From IMG/VR virus record IMGVR_UViG_3300029305_006500: a DNA stretch of 64,000 nucleotides, one strand, 5' to 3'. The notes below the pieces were generated by a model. The model saw nothing but the letters and a program-made list of their open reading frames with translations. It made no database searches and had not been told where the DNA came from. Each line of letters begins with the position of its first letter. Position 1 is the stretch's first letter. This stretch comes from a virus. Lineage: Duplodnaviria; Caudoviricetes. Shown here one piece after another: positions 27,689 through 37,224 of the stretch. Made by a program: the position numbers and the translations under genes.

Positions 27689-27689
27689 T

Positions 27690-27923
27690 ATGCCACGTCA
27701 AGAAGAATATATCAGAGATTTTCAATCTCGTAGAATTATAGGCATACTTCGTACACAGAAAAACGGAGACATAGCTGCGATAGAATTTGATTCCCGTAGA
27801 GTTCTTGGCTATTATAGACAGAAGACAGATATAACTACTGATTTTTATGGGCATATGATAGCAAAGGGTAATTGTGTAGTAGCTTTTATTTATGATGCAT
27901 ATAATAAAAAGAAAGGAAAATAA
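27690..27923 (+). CDS. Hypothetical beta-rich small protein
   Basis: 77 aa, internal DFxxRRxxG-like repeats. Confidence 0.6.
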   Translation: MPRQEEYIRDFQSRRIIGILRTQKNGDIAAIEFDSRRVLGYYRQKTDITTDFYGHMIAKGNCVVAFIYDAYNKKKGK

Positions 27924-27926
27924 GTT

Positions 27927-28091
27927 ATGTGCAAGAAAATAGTAAGCTTCGAATCCTCCGAAGAGCTAAAAGAGGCTCTTCGAGTAGCAGCTTTCCGAAA
28001 AAATGTATCAGTATCTGCTCTTATTCGTGAAATTTTGGAGAAAGAAGTTTTACATAAATCATTTGGAGGGATAAATAATGACTCCAATTAA
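27927..28091 (+). CDS. Ribbon-helix-helix (CopG/Arc-like) DNA-binding protein (not in ORF track)
   Basis: GAAAGGA RBS; KIVSFESSEELKEALRVAAFRKNVSVSALIREILE. Confidence 0.75.
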   Translation: MCKKIVSFESSEELKEALRVAAFRKNVSVSALIREILEKEVLHKSFGGINNDSN

Positions 28092-29919
28092 TAAGAGTCT
28101 TAAAATTTTAGTAATTGTAGAATCTCCTTCTAAAGTACATACTGTTTCAGAAATTCTCCAAGATTTAGGATATCTTAAGGCTACCGTAATGGCAAGTGTG
28201 GGTCATACCACTAAAATAAAAGATATGCATGATAGCTATAAAAATACCGGTATTTATCCAGCAGATAACTTTAGGGCAGAATGGGAAGTAGACCCTGATA
28301 AGTATAAAGTTGTTGAAAATCTTAAAAAACAGGCAAGAATATCAGACTTAGTTTTAATTGCATCTGACCCTGACCGTGAAGGGGAAAGTTTAGGTAATCA
28401 TATTAAAAATCTTCTACAGTTAGCAGATAATCAATATTATAGAATAAAATATCAGAGTATTACACGTGCAGATATTCAGAAAGCTTTAGAGAATCCTGAA
28501 AAAATGAATATGGCACTTTGTGAAGCAGCGGAAAGCCGACAACTAGTAGACAAAATGATAGGCTATGCCTTAAGCCCAGTAGCAAAGGCTTATGTCGGAG
28601 CTAGAAGTGTAGGACGTTGTCAATCTGCTGGCCTTAAGTTAGTTGCGGACCGAGAGCGTGAAATTCAAAATTTTATACCAGAATACTACTATGATTTATT
28701 TTTGCATTTTAAAAAAAATGGTACTGACTTTGAGGCTAAGTATATAGGAGAAGCTGATAAAAAGGTAGAAAAAATCAGTTCAACAGAAGAATTAAATGAT
28801 ATTAAATTTAAGTGCACTGGTCCTTATATTGTTTCTGAGGTAAAAGAGACTATAAAAAAAGAAAGCCCAAAGCCTCCTTTTTGTACGGCAACCTTTCAAC
28901 AAGAAGCTGCTAATAGGCTTAATTTAAAGATTAAAGAGGCAATGAGCTTAGCTCAAAAGCTTTTTGAAGCTGGTTATATTACATATATGCGTACTGATTC
29001 TACTGATCTTGCTAAAGACTTTTTAGTGAGTCTAAAAAGTACTATTACACAGTTATACGGAGAGGGTTTTTATCATAAGCCTCTTACAGGCCCAAAAGCA
29101 AAAAATATCCAAGAAGGACATGAAGCTTTGCGTATCACAGACCCTGCTCTTACACCAGAGTTATTAGCTGCACAAGAGAAGAATGAGTTATTAGTTAAAG
29201 TTTATAGGCTAGTATGGCAAAGAACTATTGCTGCTGCCTTGCCTCCAGCAGAGTTTACTGAAACAATTTATACTATTTCAAACAATAATCAGCTTTTTAG
29301 ATTGGTCTCTAAGGAGTTGAAAGAACCTGGCTATAAGCTTATTTATAATACCAATAACTCAGAGACACCTAAACTAAGGGAGTCCTTTAAAGAAGGAGAG
29401 CAGTTAACTAATACTAAGTTACAAGAACAGTCTAAATCAACTCAGCCTCCCGCGCGCTATAGAGAAGCTACTTTGGTCAAAGAATTACAAAAAAGAGGTA
29501 TTGGTAGACCAGCAACTTTTGCGACAATAGTAGAAACAATTTTAAGTCCAACGCGTGGTTACTGCGAAATAGTAAATAAAGAAATTTTACCTACAGATCG
29601 AGGCATGCAACTATCTGGTTTTCTAGATAGAGCTTTTTCAAATGTAATCAATTTAGAATACACTAAACAACTTGAGGATTCTCTAGATGCCATTGCTAAT
29701 AAAGAATGTAATAAATTAGACTTTTTAAAAGATTTTCATAGAGACTTAGAAAACTCAATCTCTAATAATAAAGAAAATGCCGGAGAAATAATGCAATTTG
29801 GAGGACAAACTTGCCCCAAGTGCGGAAAAGAAATGGTAATCCGTAGAAGTCGTTATGGCAAACTTTTTTATGGTTGTAGCCAATATCCAAAGTGCACTGG
29901 AATACTCGGAATTGATTAA
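28078..29919 (+). CDS. topA: Type IA DNA topoisomerase
   Basis: IVESPSK, SVGH, DPDREGE, GRCQS, ITYMRTDS, HEALR, GIGRPAT, C-terminal Zn ribbon. Confidence 0.95.
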   Translation: MTPINKSLKILVIVESPSKVHTVSEILQDLGYLKATVMASVGHTTKIKDMHDSYKNTGIYPADNFRAEWEVDPDKYKVVENLKKQARISDLVLIASDPDREGESLGNHIKNLLQLADNQYYRIKYQSITRADIQKALENPEKMNMALCEAAESRQLVDKMIGYALSPVAKAYVGARSVGRCQSAGLKLVADREREIQNFIPEYYYDLFLHFKKNGTDFEAKYIGEADKKVEKISSTEELNDIKFKCTGPYIVSEVKETIKKESPKPPFCTATFQQEAANRLNLKIKEAMSLAQKLFEAGYITYMRTDSTDLAKDFLVSLKSTITQLYGEGFYHKPLTGPKAKNIQEGHEALRITDPALTPELLAAQEKNELLVKVYRLVWQRTIAAALPPAEFTETIYTISNNNQLFRLVSKELKEPGYKLIYNTNNSETPKLRESFKEGEQLTNTKLQEQSKSTQPPARYREATLVKELQKRGIGRPATFATIVETILSPTRGYCEIVNKEILPTDRGMQLSGFLDRAFSNVINLEYTKQLEDSLDAIANKECNKLDFLKDFHRDLENSISNNKENAGEIMQFGGQTCPKCGKEMVIRRSRYGKLFYGCSQYPKCTGILGID

Positions 29920-29953
29920 ATTTAGGCAAATCAAAAAGAAATAACTATTTAAT

Positions 29954-29963
29954 TGCTAAATTA
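29954..29963 (+). promoter_or_regulatory. Putative late promoter TGCTAAATTA
   Basis: Motif heads the cargo-gene block. Confidence 0.7.
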
Positions 29964-30002
29964 ATTGATTTGAATAAGAAAATTTATTAAAGGAGATTTA
30001 TA

Positions 30003-31073
30003 ATGGCAAGATTACCTGCAAGAGAGAAAGAAACGGCCAAAGGTTTCTTACTTGATTTGTTTTATTGCGGCGGTCTCATTGATGCTAATGACCTAGCACT
30101 TGGATCTAAAGTATCAGATCGTCGTGGTGGCATGGATGCTCACGGCAAAGAAGCACAAACTATTTGTAATGAAATTCAATATAGATTATTTGACTTTTTT
30201 GAAGTAGATAAAGCACTACAAGCTTTAGATGGCTGCAAGTTTATTGCAGACCCTAAATTGACAGGCCACTGGAAATACCGTGAAGGTTCAGTTAGACAAA
30301 TTTCTCGTACCCCAGATAAATTAGCTGCAATGATTGCAGATTTCTGTGCAGATAATAAAATTTATTGGGATGACATTAATACTAATAAAACTGTAAATGA
30401 GCTTGAACAGTATAAGCAGACCATGTTTGGTCAAGCACTTGTGAGAGAGGGTTGCTTTTTATCTCAAGCTTCTTCAACTAAGGCATCTAGTGCTTCTACA
30501 ACTGTTAGACAGCCTAGAACACCCAAAGCGTCAAATCAAGGCCCAATGAATAACTATAAGCAATCAGGTCCCCAGTCTGGAAATGCTCGTGGACTAATTG
30601 GTCAGCCTGGAGCTAAAATTACTGCTTCAAATATACGAGTTTATGCTGTAGTAGGTGATAATACTAAATCTACAAAAGGAGCTTCCGCTTATGCGTTAGT
30701 TAACCCACTAGAAGCAAAGGGTAAGAGCGCCAATGATGCAAATGTAAACCGTGTATTTGTTAATAGCTCACATGGTTATACAGACTGTGTATGTTACTTT
30801 GAAACACCTCAAGAAGCAGATGCTTTCTTACAAAAATGCCAAGGAATTTGTCCTTCATTCGTAGCTAACTTAAGAGTTGCAAAGAAAAGCGCAGATAGAA
30901 ATGGATACTTCAGAGTTGAAACTGATTTTGGCCCAGCTTTAATTTTAGCACAAAAGCTTAATGAGCTTATGGAGCAAAAAGCTGAGGAAGTTGCTGCAAA
31001 AAAAGCTAGCGAACCAAAATACCAGATTACTGATATAGAAGCTTTTGATGAAGCTTTACGTAAATATGAATAA
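30003..31073 (+). CDS. Hypothetical late protein
   Basis: 356 aa; KLNE motif near C-terminus. Confidence 0.65.
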   Translation: MARLPAREKETAKGFLLDLFYCGGLIDANDLALGSKVSDRRGGMDAHGKEAQTICNEIQYRLFDFFEVDKALQALDGCKFIADPKLTGHWKYREGSVRQISRTPDKLAAMIADFCADNKIYWDDINTNKTVNELEQYKQTMFGQALVREGCFLSQASSTKASSASTTVRQPRTPKASNQGPMNNYKQSGPQSGNARGLIGQPGAKITASNIRVYAVVGDNTKSTKGASAYALVNPLEAKGKSANDANVNRVFVNSSHGYTDCVCYFETPQEADAFLQKCQGICPSFVANLRVAKKSADRNGYFRVETDFGPALILAQKLNELMEQKAEEVAAKKASEPKYQITDIEAFDEALRKYE

Positions 31074-31092
31074 TGGAGGAAAATAACAAATT

Positions 31093-32487
31093 ATGAAAAT
31101 CAATAAGATTTTAACAGAAGATGTTGAAAAAGTAGATGATATGGTTATTGACCCTAATGAAAATGCTTCTGAAATTGCTGATGATGTTCAGGATCAGGTG
31201 GAGGCAGGGTCAGAAGGAGCTGAGACTGTCTCAGATTCAAAAGCTGATGCTATTGCACAAGAAATTGTACAGGCAGGGGATGACATTGGAGCTGGATCTG
31301 CTTTTGTAGTTCCGAAGTCAATTAATACTGATAATAAAATCACTCGTCTTCTTGAAAAAGCTTTTAAGCTTTCTATTCGTAATAGAAAAATGGGTATGAA
31401 GGAGAACTGCAACATTCTTCTTATTGGTTTACCTGGATCCGCAAAAACTGCTTCTGTTTATGACTGGGCAGCAGCTAAAGGGAACGATGTAAACTTAGTA
31501 TATGTAAATGCTAAAAATAATGACCTTGAATCTTATATTAATGGTTATACTGTAAGAGATGATGATGATAGATCTTATGTTCGTCAGGCGTACTCTAGAA
31601 ACCTTAGTGATCTCGAAAATAAAAATTCGGTTCTTTTCCTTGATGAGTATAACCGTCAAGTAAAGCCACATATTAGAGCATCTCTTTTAACTCTAATTAA
31701 TGAACATTACATTGTGGGCAATGATAAAGACGAAAACGGAAAGAGCACTGGTAAACACTACTTCCCTAATTTGCTTTTCACTATCGCATGTATTAACCCT
31801 GCGGTTCCTACTGATAAAGGAGCAGCACCTCTTAATGATGCAGAGCTCTCTCGTTTTGCAGCTATCCTAGATAATTTGGATTCAGACCCAGCTTCTGCTG
31901 CAGATTACTTAAATAAGAGATTTGACTTGCTTATTGCTGGCTTAAATCCTAAAGATGCTGAATATGCAGAATTTTTAGAAATTTATTTAAGAATTCAAGA
32001 TCTTGGTTTATTTATTGTACAACATGAAGACTTCTCTTATGATACTAAGGCAGATTTAGATGACCTTAGTATGGAGCAGAAAAAAATGCTTAACCAGAGA
32101 TCTTTGGGCGAGATTCTAGTACATTCTGGCGGTGACGTAAATGACTTCAAAGATTGGATAGAAATGTTCTCCCACTTCCTTCAGAAAGATAAAGATATGC
32201 TTCTTGGTATTGCAGACGAATATATAGTACCAAGTTTTGAAGAACTCTGTCGTAAAAAAGGTATTGATCCTACAAATATTTCTAATGCAGGTAATGCAAT
32301 TACAGATGCTGCAAAAGCAAAAGCTGCACAGGAAATTCTTGGAAAAGAAGCAGGAGATACTGGTGCAGAGGATATCGAGGATGATGAAGACTTCTTCTCA
32401 ACCGCTCCCAATGGGCCTACAGGTGCAAAAGTAAAATCAGCTGTTGAAGTAGTAGACGCAATTAAGAAAGCTGCTGCAAATTGGTAA
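31093..32487 (+). CDS. MoxR-type AAA+ ATPase with putative capsid-targeting leader
   Basis: GLPGSAKT, LFLDEYNR, CINP, LNDAELSRF; N-terminus MKINKILTE. Confidence 0.85.
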   Translation: MKINKILTEDVEKVDDMVIDPNENASEIADDVQDQVEAGSEGAETVSDSKADAIAQEIVQAGDDIGAGSAFVVPKSINTDNKITRLLEKAFKLSIRNRKMGMKENCNILLIGLPGSAKTASVYDWAAAKGNDVNLVYVNAKNNDLESYINGYTVRDDDDRSYVRQAYSRNLSDLENKNSVLFLDEYNRQVKPHIRASLLTLINEHYIVGNDKDENGKSTGKHYFPNLLFTIACINPAVPTDKGAAPLNDAELSRFAAILDNLDSDPASAADYLNKRFDLLIAGLNPKDAEYAEFLEIYLRIQDLGLFIVQHEDFSYDTKADLDDLSMEQKKMLNQRSLGEILVHSGGDVNDFKDWIEMFSHFLQKDKDMLLGIADEYIVPSFEELCRKKGIDPTNISNAGNAITDAAKAKAAQEILGKEAGDTGAEDIEDDEDFFSTAPNGPTGAKVKSAVEVVDAIKKAAANW

Positions 32488-32502
32488 TTTAGGAGGTGCT
32501 TT

Positions 32503-33594
32503 ATGCAAACACAATACCTAAATGAAGCTCGTAGATGGATGAGTGCGAAAGAGCGCAGTTTAAAAAAATTTTTAGAAAAACAACTACGTGATGATGGCCA
32601 TGGCCATCATCACGCTAAATATGCAGAGCGTTTGATGGACTTTGATATAAATATCATTCCCTTAGACCCTAATAATCCAGATAATATTGTAACTGCTTCT
32701 ATTTCTTTTGAAACAGGAGTAATTAATATTGGAGAAGGATTAATCAATAACCCTGCTACCGCTTATCAGCTTAGTACGGTTCTTCGCCACGAGCTTGCTC
32801 ATAATCTTATGATGCATCAAATTCGTATGATGAATTATCTTGGGGATGATGGCTGGAAAATCTGGGGTAGAAGTCCTAGCTTACATAATATTTTAAATAT
32901 AGTTATGGATGATGAAATTTCAAACAAACGTTACAATGACTATGATAAAAATATTATGAGAAAGCTTATAATTAATGGCCAAATAATTACTTGTTTGGTT
33001 ACAGAAGACCACAGAGCAGACTGGATAGATCTTTCTTTAGAAGAAATGTATGAGCGTATTACTGCAGAACTTAATGATATTCATACCAGACTTGCTAATC
33101 AAATACAGTTAAAACGACATCCAAAAGATGATTTTATTACGGGAGACCTTTTAAAAACCATGCCTTATCGTGAAACTTTTGGCGGGTCCATGATTCCTGG
33201 TAATTTGGATGACTTTGTAGCTAATGGTTGTAAAATTAATACGCCAACTGGAAAAATGGAACTAGATGATGTTTTTAAACAGATTGTTACTAGTATTCAT
33301 AAAGGCTTTTTAGCAACGCCTCCCACTCCAGAAATGATAGAAAAATTATTAACTGAAATCTCAGAATCAAAGCCTACAGAAGCTTTTAATTTTGTGCATC
33401 CGCAAACAGCGGAGGTTTTAGTAAAATTATACTCACCTGAAGAAAAAGTTATTGCAGTAGAAACCCTTAAAAAGTATAGATCTGATTTTTCTAAGTGGTA
33501 TAATAGAGTAATGTTAGTATTATTGCGTTCAGGATATACTGATAAGCAAATTCAAAAAATATTCAATAGAATTAATGGTAAAGGAGAAGACTAA
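32503..33594 (+). CDS. HExxH metallopeptidase-like protein (DUF2201-N type)
   Basis: VLRHELAHNLMMHQIR...NIVMDDEISN. Confidence 0.7.
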   Translation: MQTQYLNEARRWMSAKERSLKKFLEKQLRDDGHGHHHAKYAERLMDFDINIIPLDPNNPDNIVTASISFETGVINIGEGLINNPATAYQLSTVLRHELAHNLMMHQIRMMNYLGDDGWKIWGRSPSLHNILNIVMDDEISNKRYNDYDKNIMRKLIINGQIITCLVTEDHRADWIDLSLEEMYERITAELNDIHTRLANQIQLKRHPKDDFITGDLLKTMPYRETFGGSMIPGNLDDFVANGCKINTPTGKMELDDVFKQIVTSIHKGFLATPPTPEMIEKLLTEISESKPTEAFNFVHPQTAEVLVKLYSPEEKVIAVETLKKYRSDFSKWYNRVMLVLLRSGYTDKQIQKIFNRINGKGED

Positions 33595-34547
33595 TGCAGA
33601 AACGAAATACCATTAATATTTCTGAAGCGGCCTCTGATTTCTTTAAGCAAAATCTAGACCCCGCAAAGCTTTCTGACCGTATTAATCAAGTAAAACGTAC
33701 TAGAGACCTTGCTAGGGAAGCTGCAGATTCTGCTGAAGCAAACGGAAATGCAGAGGCAGCCGCGAAACTTAGAGCTGATGCAGATATGTTGCAACAACTT
33801 TTAGATGATACGGCCGAGGGAGGTAATATTACTTCTAATAATGATGAGGCTAGCAGCACTAACGGCTCAAATGATGCAGAGTCGGAGGGCAGTTCTTCCG
33901 ACCGTGATCTAGATTCTAATGACTCAGATCAAACTGGAAATTCTTCGGGTAATAATAAATCCTCAGATGATGAAGACGATGAAGAGGACGATGAAGAAGA
34001 TTTTGATGATGAAGCGGATGAGGACTTTGAGGACGATGATGAAGGCTTAGATTCTGATGACTCCGAAGAGGACGAAGATGGCTCAGAAACATCAGGTGAA
34101 GACGATTCAGATGAAGACTCGGATGAAGACTCGGATAATGAAACAGATGCTTCTGGAAATTCCGAAGATGAAGATGAAGACAATGATGAAGACGAGGATG
34201 AAAAGGAAACTTCTGGAACAAGTACCGGTGATGGAGAAGATTCTGGATCTGAAGATGAGAAAGAAGCTGAGGATGAAGAGGAAGATGATAGCTATGGTCG
34301 TCCAAAAGTAAAAGATAAGAAAATTCTACAAAATCCTTTCAAAAGCGCCCAAATTCCTACTAAATTACCTAAAGATCTACAAGCGTCTCTCGATGCAGGT
34401 GAACTAGAAATTGAATCAGAAGTTGATGCAATAGTTCGTATCTTGTCAAAGTTAACTGGGGAAGCCCGTAGGGGTGCAGAACAAGCTTTAAGAGATGCTT
34501 TTAAAAATAAAAATAGCTGGGGAGAAGAAATCGATGACAGTAATTAA
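33594..34547 (+). CDS. Highly acidic low-complexity protein
   Basis: ~130-aa D/E/S tract; N-terminus MQKRNTINISE. Confidence 0.7.
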   Translation: MQKRNTINISEAASDFFKQNLDPAKLSDRINQVKRTRDLAREAADSAEANGNAEAAAKLRADADMLQQLLDDTAEGGNITSNNDEASSTNGSNDAESEGSSSDRDLDSNDSDQTGNSSGNNKSSDDEDDEEDDEEDFDDEADEDFEDDDEGLDSDDSEEDEDGSETSGEDDSDEDSDEDSDNETDASGNSEDEDEDNDEDEDEKETSGTSTGDGEDSGSEDEKEAEDEEEDDSYGRPKVKDKKILQNPFKSAQIPTKLPKDLQASLDAGELEIESEVDAIVRILSKLTGEARRGAEQALRDAFKNKNSWGEEIDDSN

Positions 34548-35406
34548 AGTAAAAGGTCAAAGACTAACAGAAGCTGTTAAACGTCTGGACACCATGAGTG
34601 ATTCTGAATTCGATAGTATTCTGGACGGTGTTTTAGATCGAATAGACTCAGTTAAAAAAGTAAAATATAGTACAGATTTAGATAGTCGTGTCCAAAAAAT
34701 TCAAAATGATATGAATGACCCCTTTAAAAATAAAGACCTTGAGCAAGAAGATAGGGCTAATAGAGGAGTAGACAGACGAATTGCTAAAACACGTGAGCGT
34801 GAAAAAGAAAAATATGCTCCTAAAACATTTAAAGGCTTAGCAGAACTTACTCAAATCATTTATCGTTCTATTGCAGACCAGGTAGATGCTGTAGAGGATG
34901 ATGAAGAAACTTATGCTGTTCTTAATAAGAGAGCTGATGAGGACCCAAGTGTCGTAAAACGCGGAGAACGTATTGATGATGTCTTTGATACTGTTCCTAC
35001 AGTAGATATTTATTTCGATCAGTCTGGGTCTTGGGGAGAATCAGATCTTGAAATGGGTGCTAAAGCTATTAGTCATCTACGATATTTTGAGGAGCGCGGC
35101 GAGATTATATTAAATATTTTCTATTTTGCTGACAATGTAACATCTATAAAAGATGATGTTAGAGGTGCAACCGGTGCTTGGCCAAGGATTTTAGAGAAAA
35201 TAAAAGAAACTGGTGCAAATAACGTTTTAGTTATGTCTGATGATGACATAGAAAGCCAGAGTAATCCACAAAAGCCTGTTTGGGTAGACGGCTGCGTCTG
35301 GTTCTTATGGCGTAATGGATGCACTTCACCGAGGTGTGTAAAGGAACTCATTGGAAAACGTAATAGAAATAGTATGAATCAATTTTCATTTTCACCTGAG
35401 GAGTAA
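34534..35406 (+). CDS. VWA-domain protein
   Basis: MIDAS DQSGS, GAT, VMSDD; follows MoxR and peptidase. Confidence 0.8.
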   Translation: MTVIKVKGQRLTEAVKRLDTMSDSEFDSILDGVLDRIDSVKKVKYSTDLDSRVQKIQNDMNDPFKNKDLEQEDRANRGVDRRIAKTREREKEKYAPKTFKGLAELTQIIYRSIADQVDAVEDDEETYAVLNKRADEDPSVVKRGERIDDVFDTVPTVDIYFDQSGSWGESDLEMGAKAISHLRYFEERGEIILNIFYFADNVTSIKDDVRGATGAWPRILEKIKETGANNVLVMSDDDIESQSNPQKPVWVDGCVWFLWRNGCTSPRCVKELIGKRNRNSMNQFSFSPEE

Positions 35407-35412
35407 GAACAT

Positions 35413-35985
35413 ATGAGAATTTTAAAAGAAGATACTAATATAAAAGAAGCTATTCCGGTATCCTTCCTCACAGATATGATGAGTAAGGGCTGGGAAGAAG
35501 TTGGTTACTTAAAAGAGGCAAGTGCCGCAATAAAAGAAACATATACTGATACTGCAAAAGTCGAAGATCTTATGCAAGATCTTATGGATGCCTATTTAGT
35601 TTTTATTGGTCAAATTGAGCTATATCTTAATAATGAAAAAGATATAGCACCAGAACTTGAAGCAGAGGTAGACGAAAAAACTGAGACAAAAGCTACTCTA
35701 GAAGAGCCTACTGAAGAAAATGTACCAAAACCAGAGCTACCAGAGGCAGAATTGGAAATTAAGCCTATGGCTGAACCTACTCAAGGACATATTGCTAGTG
35801 AAGGTGATTTTGAAGAGCTTGCTATCTCGGACGCTGAGTTAGCAAATAAAAAACTTGAGGAACCTTTTGATTTCTTTGTAGACTTTGATGAGCCAGATAT
35901 GTCAGAGCCAAAATTAACTGATGATGATCTCTATGGGCACGAAGACTCTGAGCTTGAGCAAAATAAATTAAAAGCTCAACTATAA
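35413..35985 (+). CDS. Acidic hypothetical head-internal protein
   Basis: MRILKE leader; acidic C-terminal half. Confidence 0.6.
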   Translation: MRILKEDTNIKEAIPVSFLTDMMSKGWEEVGYLKEASAAIKETYTDTAKVEDLMQDLMDAYLVFIGQIELYLNNEKDIAPELEAEVDEKTETKATLEEPTEENVPKPELPEAELEIKPMAEPTQGHIASEGDFEELAISDAELANKKLEEPFDFFVDFDEPDMSEPKLTDDDLYGHEDSELEQNKLKAQL

Positions 35986-36001
35986 ATTAAGACCTAAATT
36001 C

Positions 36002-36039
36002 AAAGCAGAGCAATGCTTTTGGCAAAGCTCTGCTTTTTA
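36002..36039 (+). terminator. Intrinsic terminator
   Basis: AAAGCAGAGC/GCTCTGCTTT plus T tract. Confidence 0.75.
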
Positions 36040-36043
36040 TATT

Positions 36044-36053
36044 TGCTAAATTA
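36044..36053 (+). promoter_or_regulatory. Putative late promoter TGCTAAATTA
   Basis: Motif directly after the terminator. Confidence 0.7.
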
Positions 36054-36056
36054 TAC

Positions 36057-36124
36057 GATGTTTGGAGACATTGCGGGCTTATCCTTTCACCGTATGTCTC
36101 TAGGCATCCATCTCTGAAAAGGAG
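36057..36124 (+). promoter_or_regulatory. Structured 5' UTR with anti-SD-like loop
   Basis: Stem 36057-36071/36094-36108; loop TCCTTTCA complementary to TGAAAAGGA RBS region. Confidence 0.5.
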
Positions 36125-36132
36125 TATCAAGT

Positions 36133-37224
36133 ATGAAAAAATTTATTATGAATGACAACTGGGAAATGGAAGCTTATGATGATCATTCCGATTTATTTCT
36201 ACTAGTTGTCGAGCGCAGTCTTCCAGATTGTAGTTATGTTTATAAGTATGATACCGATCCAGACGCGCTTAGACCTGAATATACTCAGCTTACAAATCAA
36301 TATAAAGAGACAGATGTAGACGGGCCTCTTAATATTTGTATTGTAAGAGTACCTAATACAGAACAAGTAAACTCTCAAATCTGTTGTGCAGATAGTGAAA
36401 ATGTAGGTACTACCGAAGAGGCTATTGAAGCAATTAATGCTGTGTTAAATAGAGCAGATTGTGAATTTTTAGAAAGTTGGCACAAAGAGCCTTTAACCGA
36501 GAAGAGACACAAAAGACGTACTAAACAACCCTATGATTCTATTACTTATACTACGGGTTATCCAGAGCTAAATATGAATTTCTTTAATAATAAATTCGGC
36601 ACTAATGATCTAGGAGTTATGGACTCAGCAAGTAACGAAAGCTGTGGTGAGGGAGATGTAAGTTGTAGTGAGAGTCTTACAGAAGCAAAACGTGAAATTA
36701 AACGTTATTATGTAAGACCTTTTAATATCTTTGCAGCCAATAAAGCTGAAATCTTAAAAATTCTTGCTGATAATAAAGAATCTAACTGCTCAGTATATTC
36801 TCTAAAGGCATTAGATGACCATGATGATGTACATCTCCTTCAGCCTAGCGATATTATTTATTATTATGATGAGGGAGTCCTCTATGATAAAAATCATGTT
36901 CAAGTTCTAGACTATGATCTACGAGCAAAAGCTGAAGAAGAACGTAAAAAATTTGCTACCATAGATGATAATTCTGATTCATTTAAGGCTGAATATGAAG
37001 ATCGTATGACTAGTGCTACCGATCTTGATGAGTATAATGAGTCTTTAAATGAAAATTTGAGAGAAGATATAAATACTTGCATTATTTGCGGAGAGGAATT
37101 TAAAGATTATGGTCACAATCCTTGGCCTGTTGCGGAAGAAGGCCGTTGCTGTTCTGCTTGTAATGCAAAGTTTGTAATTCCAGCCAGAATCGAGGCAAGT
37201 AAAAAAGCTTATGAAGAGGATTAA
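36133..37224 (+). CDS. Multi-segment hypothetical protein with C-terminal Zn finger
   Basis: CIICG...GHNPWP...CCSACN; several LTE/LNE sites. Confidence 0.65.
   Translation: MKKFIMNDNWEMEAYDDHSDLFLLVVERSLPDCSYVYKYDTDPDALRPEYTQLTNQYKETDVDGPLNICIVRVPNTEQVNSQICCADSENVGTTEEAIEAINAVLNRADCEFLESWHKEPLTEKRHKRRTKQPYDSITYTTGYPELNMNFFNNKFGTNDLGVMDSASNESCGEGDVSCSESLTEAKREIKRYYVRPFNIFAANKAEILKILADNKESNCSVYSLKALDDHDDVHLLQPSDIIYYYDEGVLYDKNHVQVLDYDLRAKAEEERKKFATIDDNSDSFKAEYEDRMTSATDLDEYNESLNENLREDINTCIICGEEFKDYGHNPWPVAEEGRCCSACNAKFVIPARIEASKKAYEED

Noticed and set aside
27890-28087. Minus-strand 65-aa ORF
   Set aside because: The plus-strand RHH ORF 27927-28091 has an RBS and a recognisable fold and explains the region
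33916-34311. Ser-rich, His-rich and Met/Lys-rich alternative ORFs
   Set aside because: Frame shadows of the GAT/GAA low-complexity tract; the same applies to ORFs at 48259, 52196 and 41513
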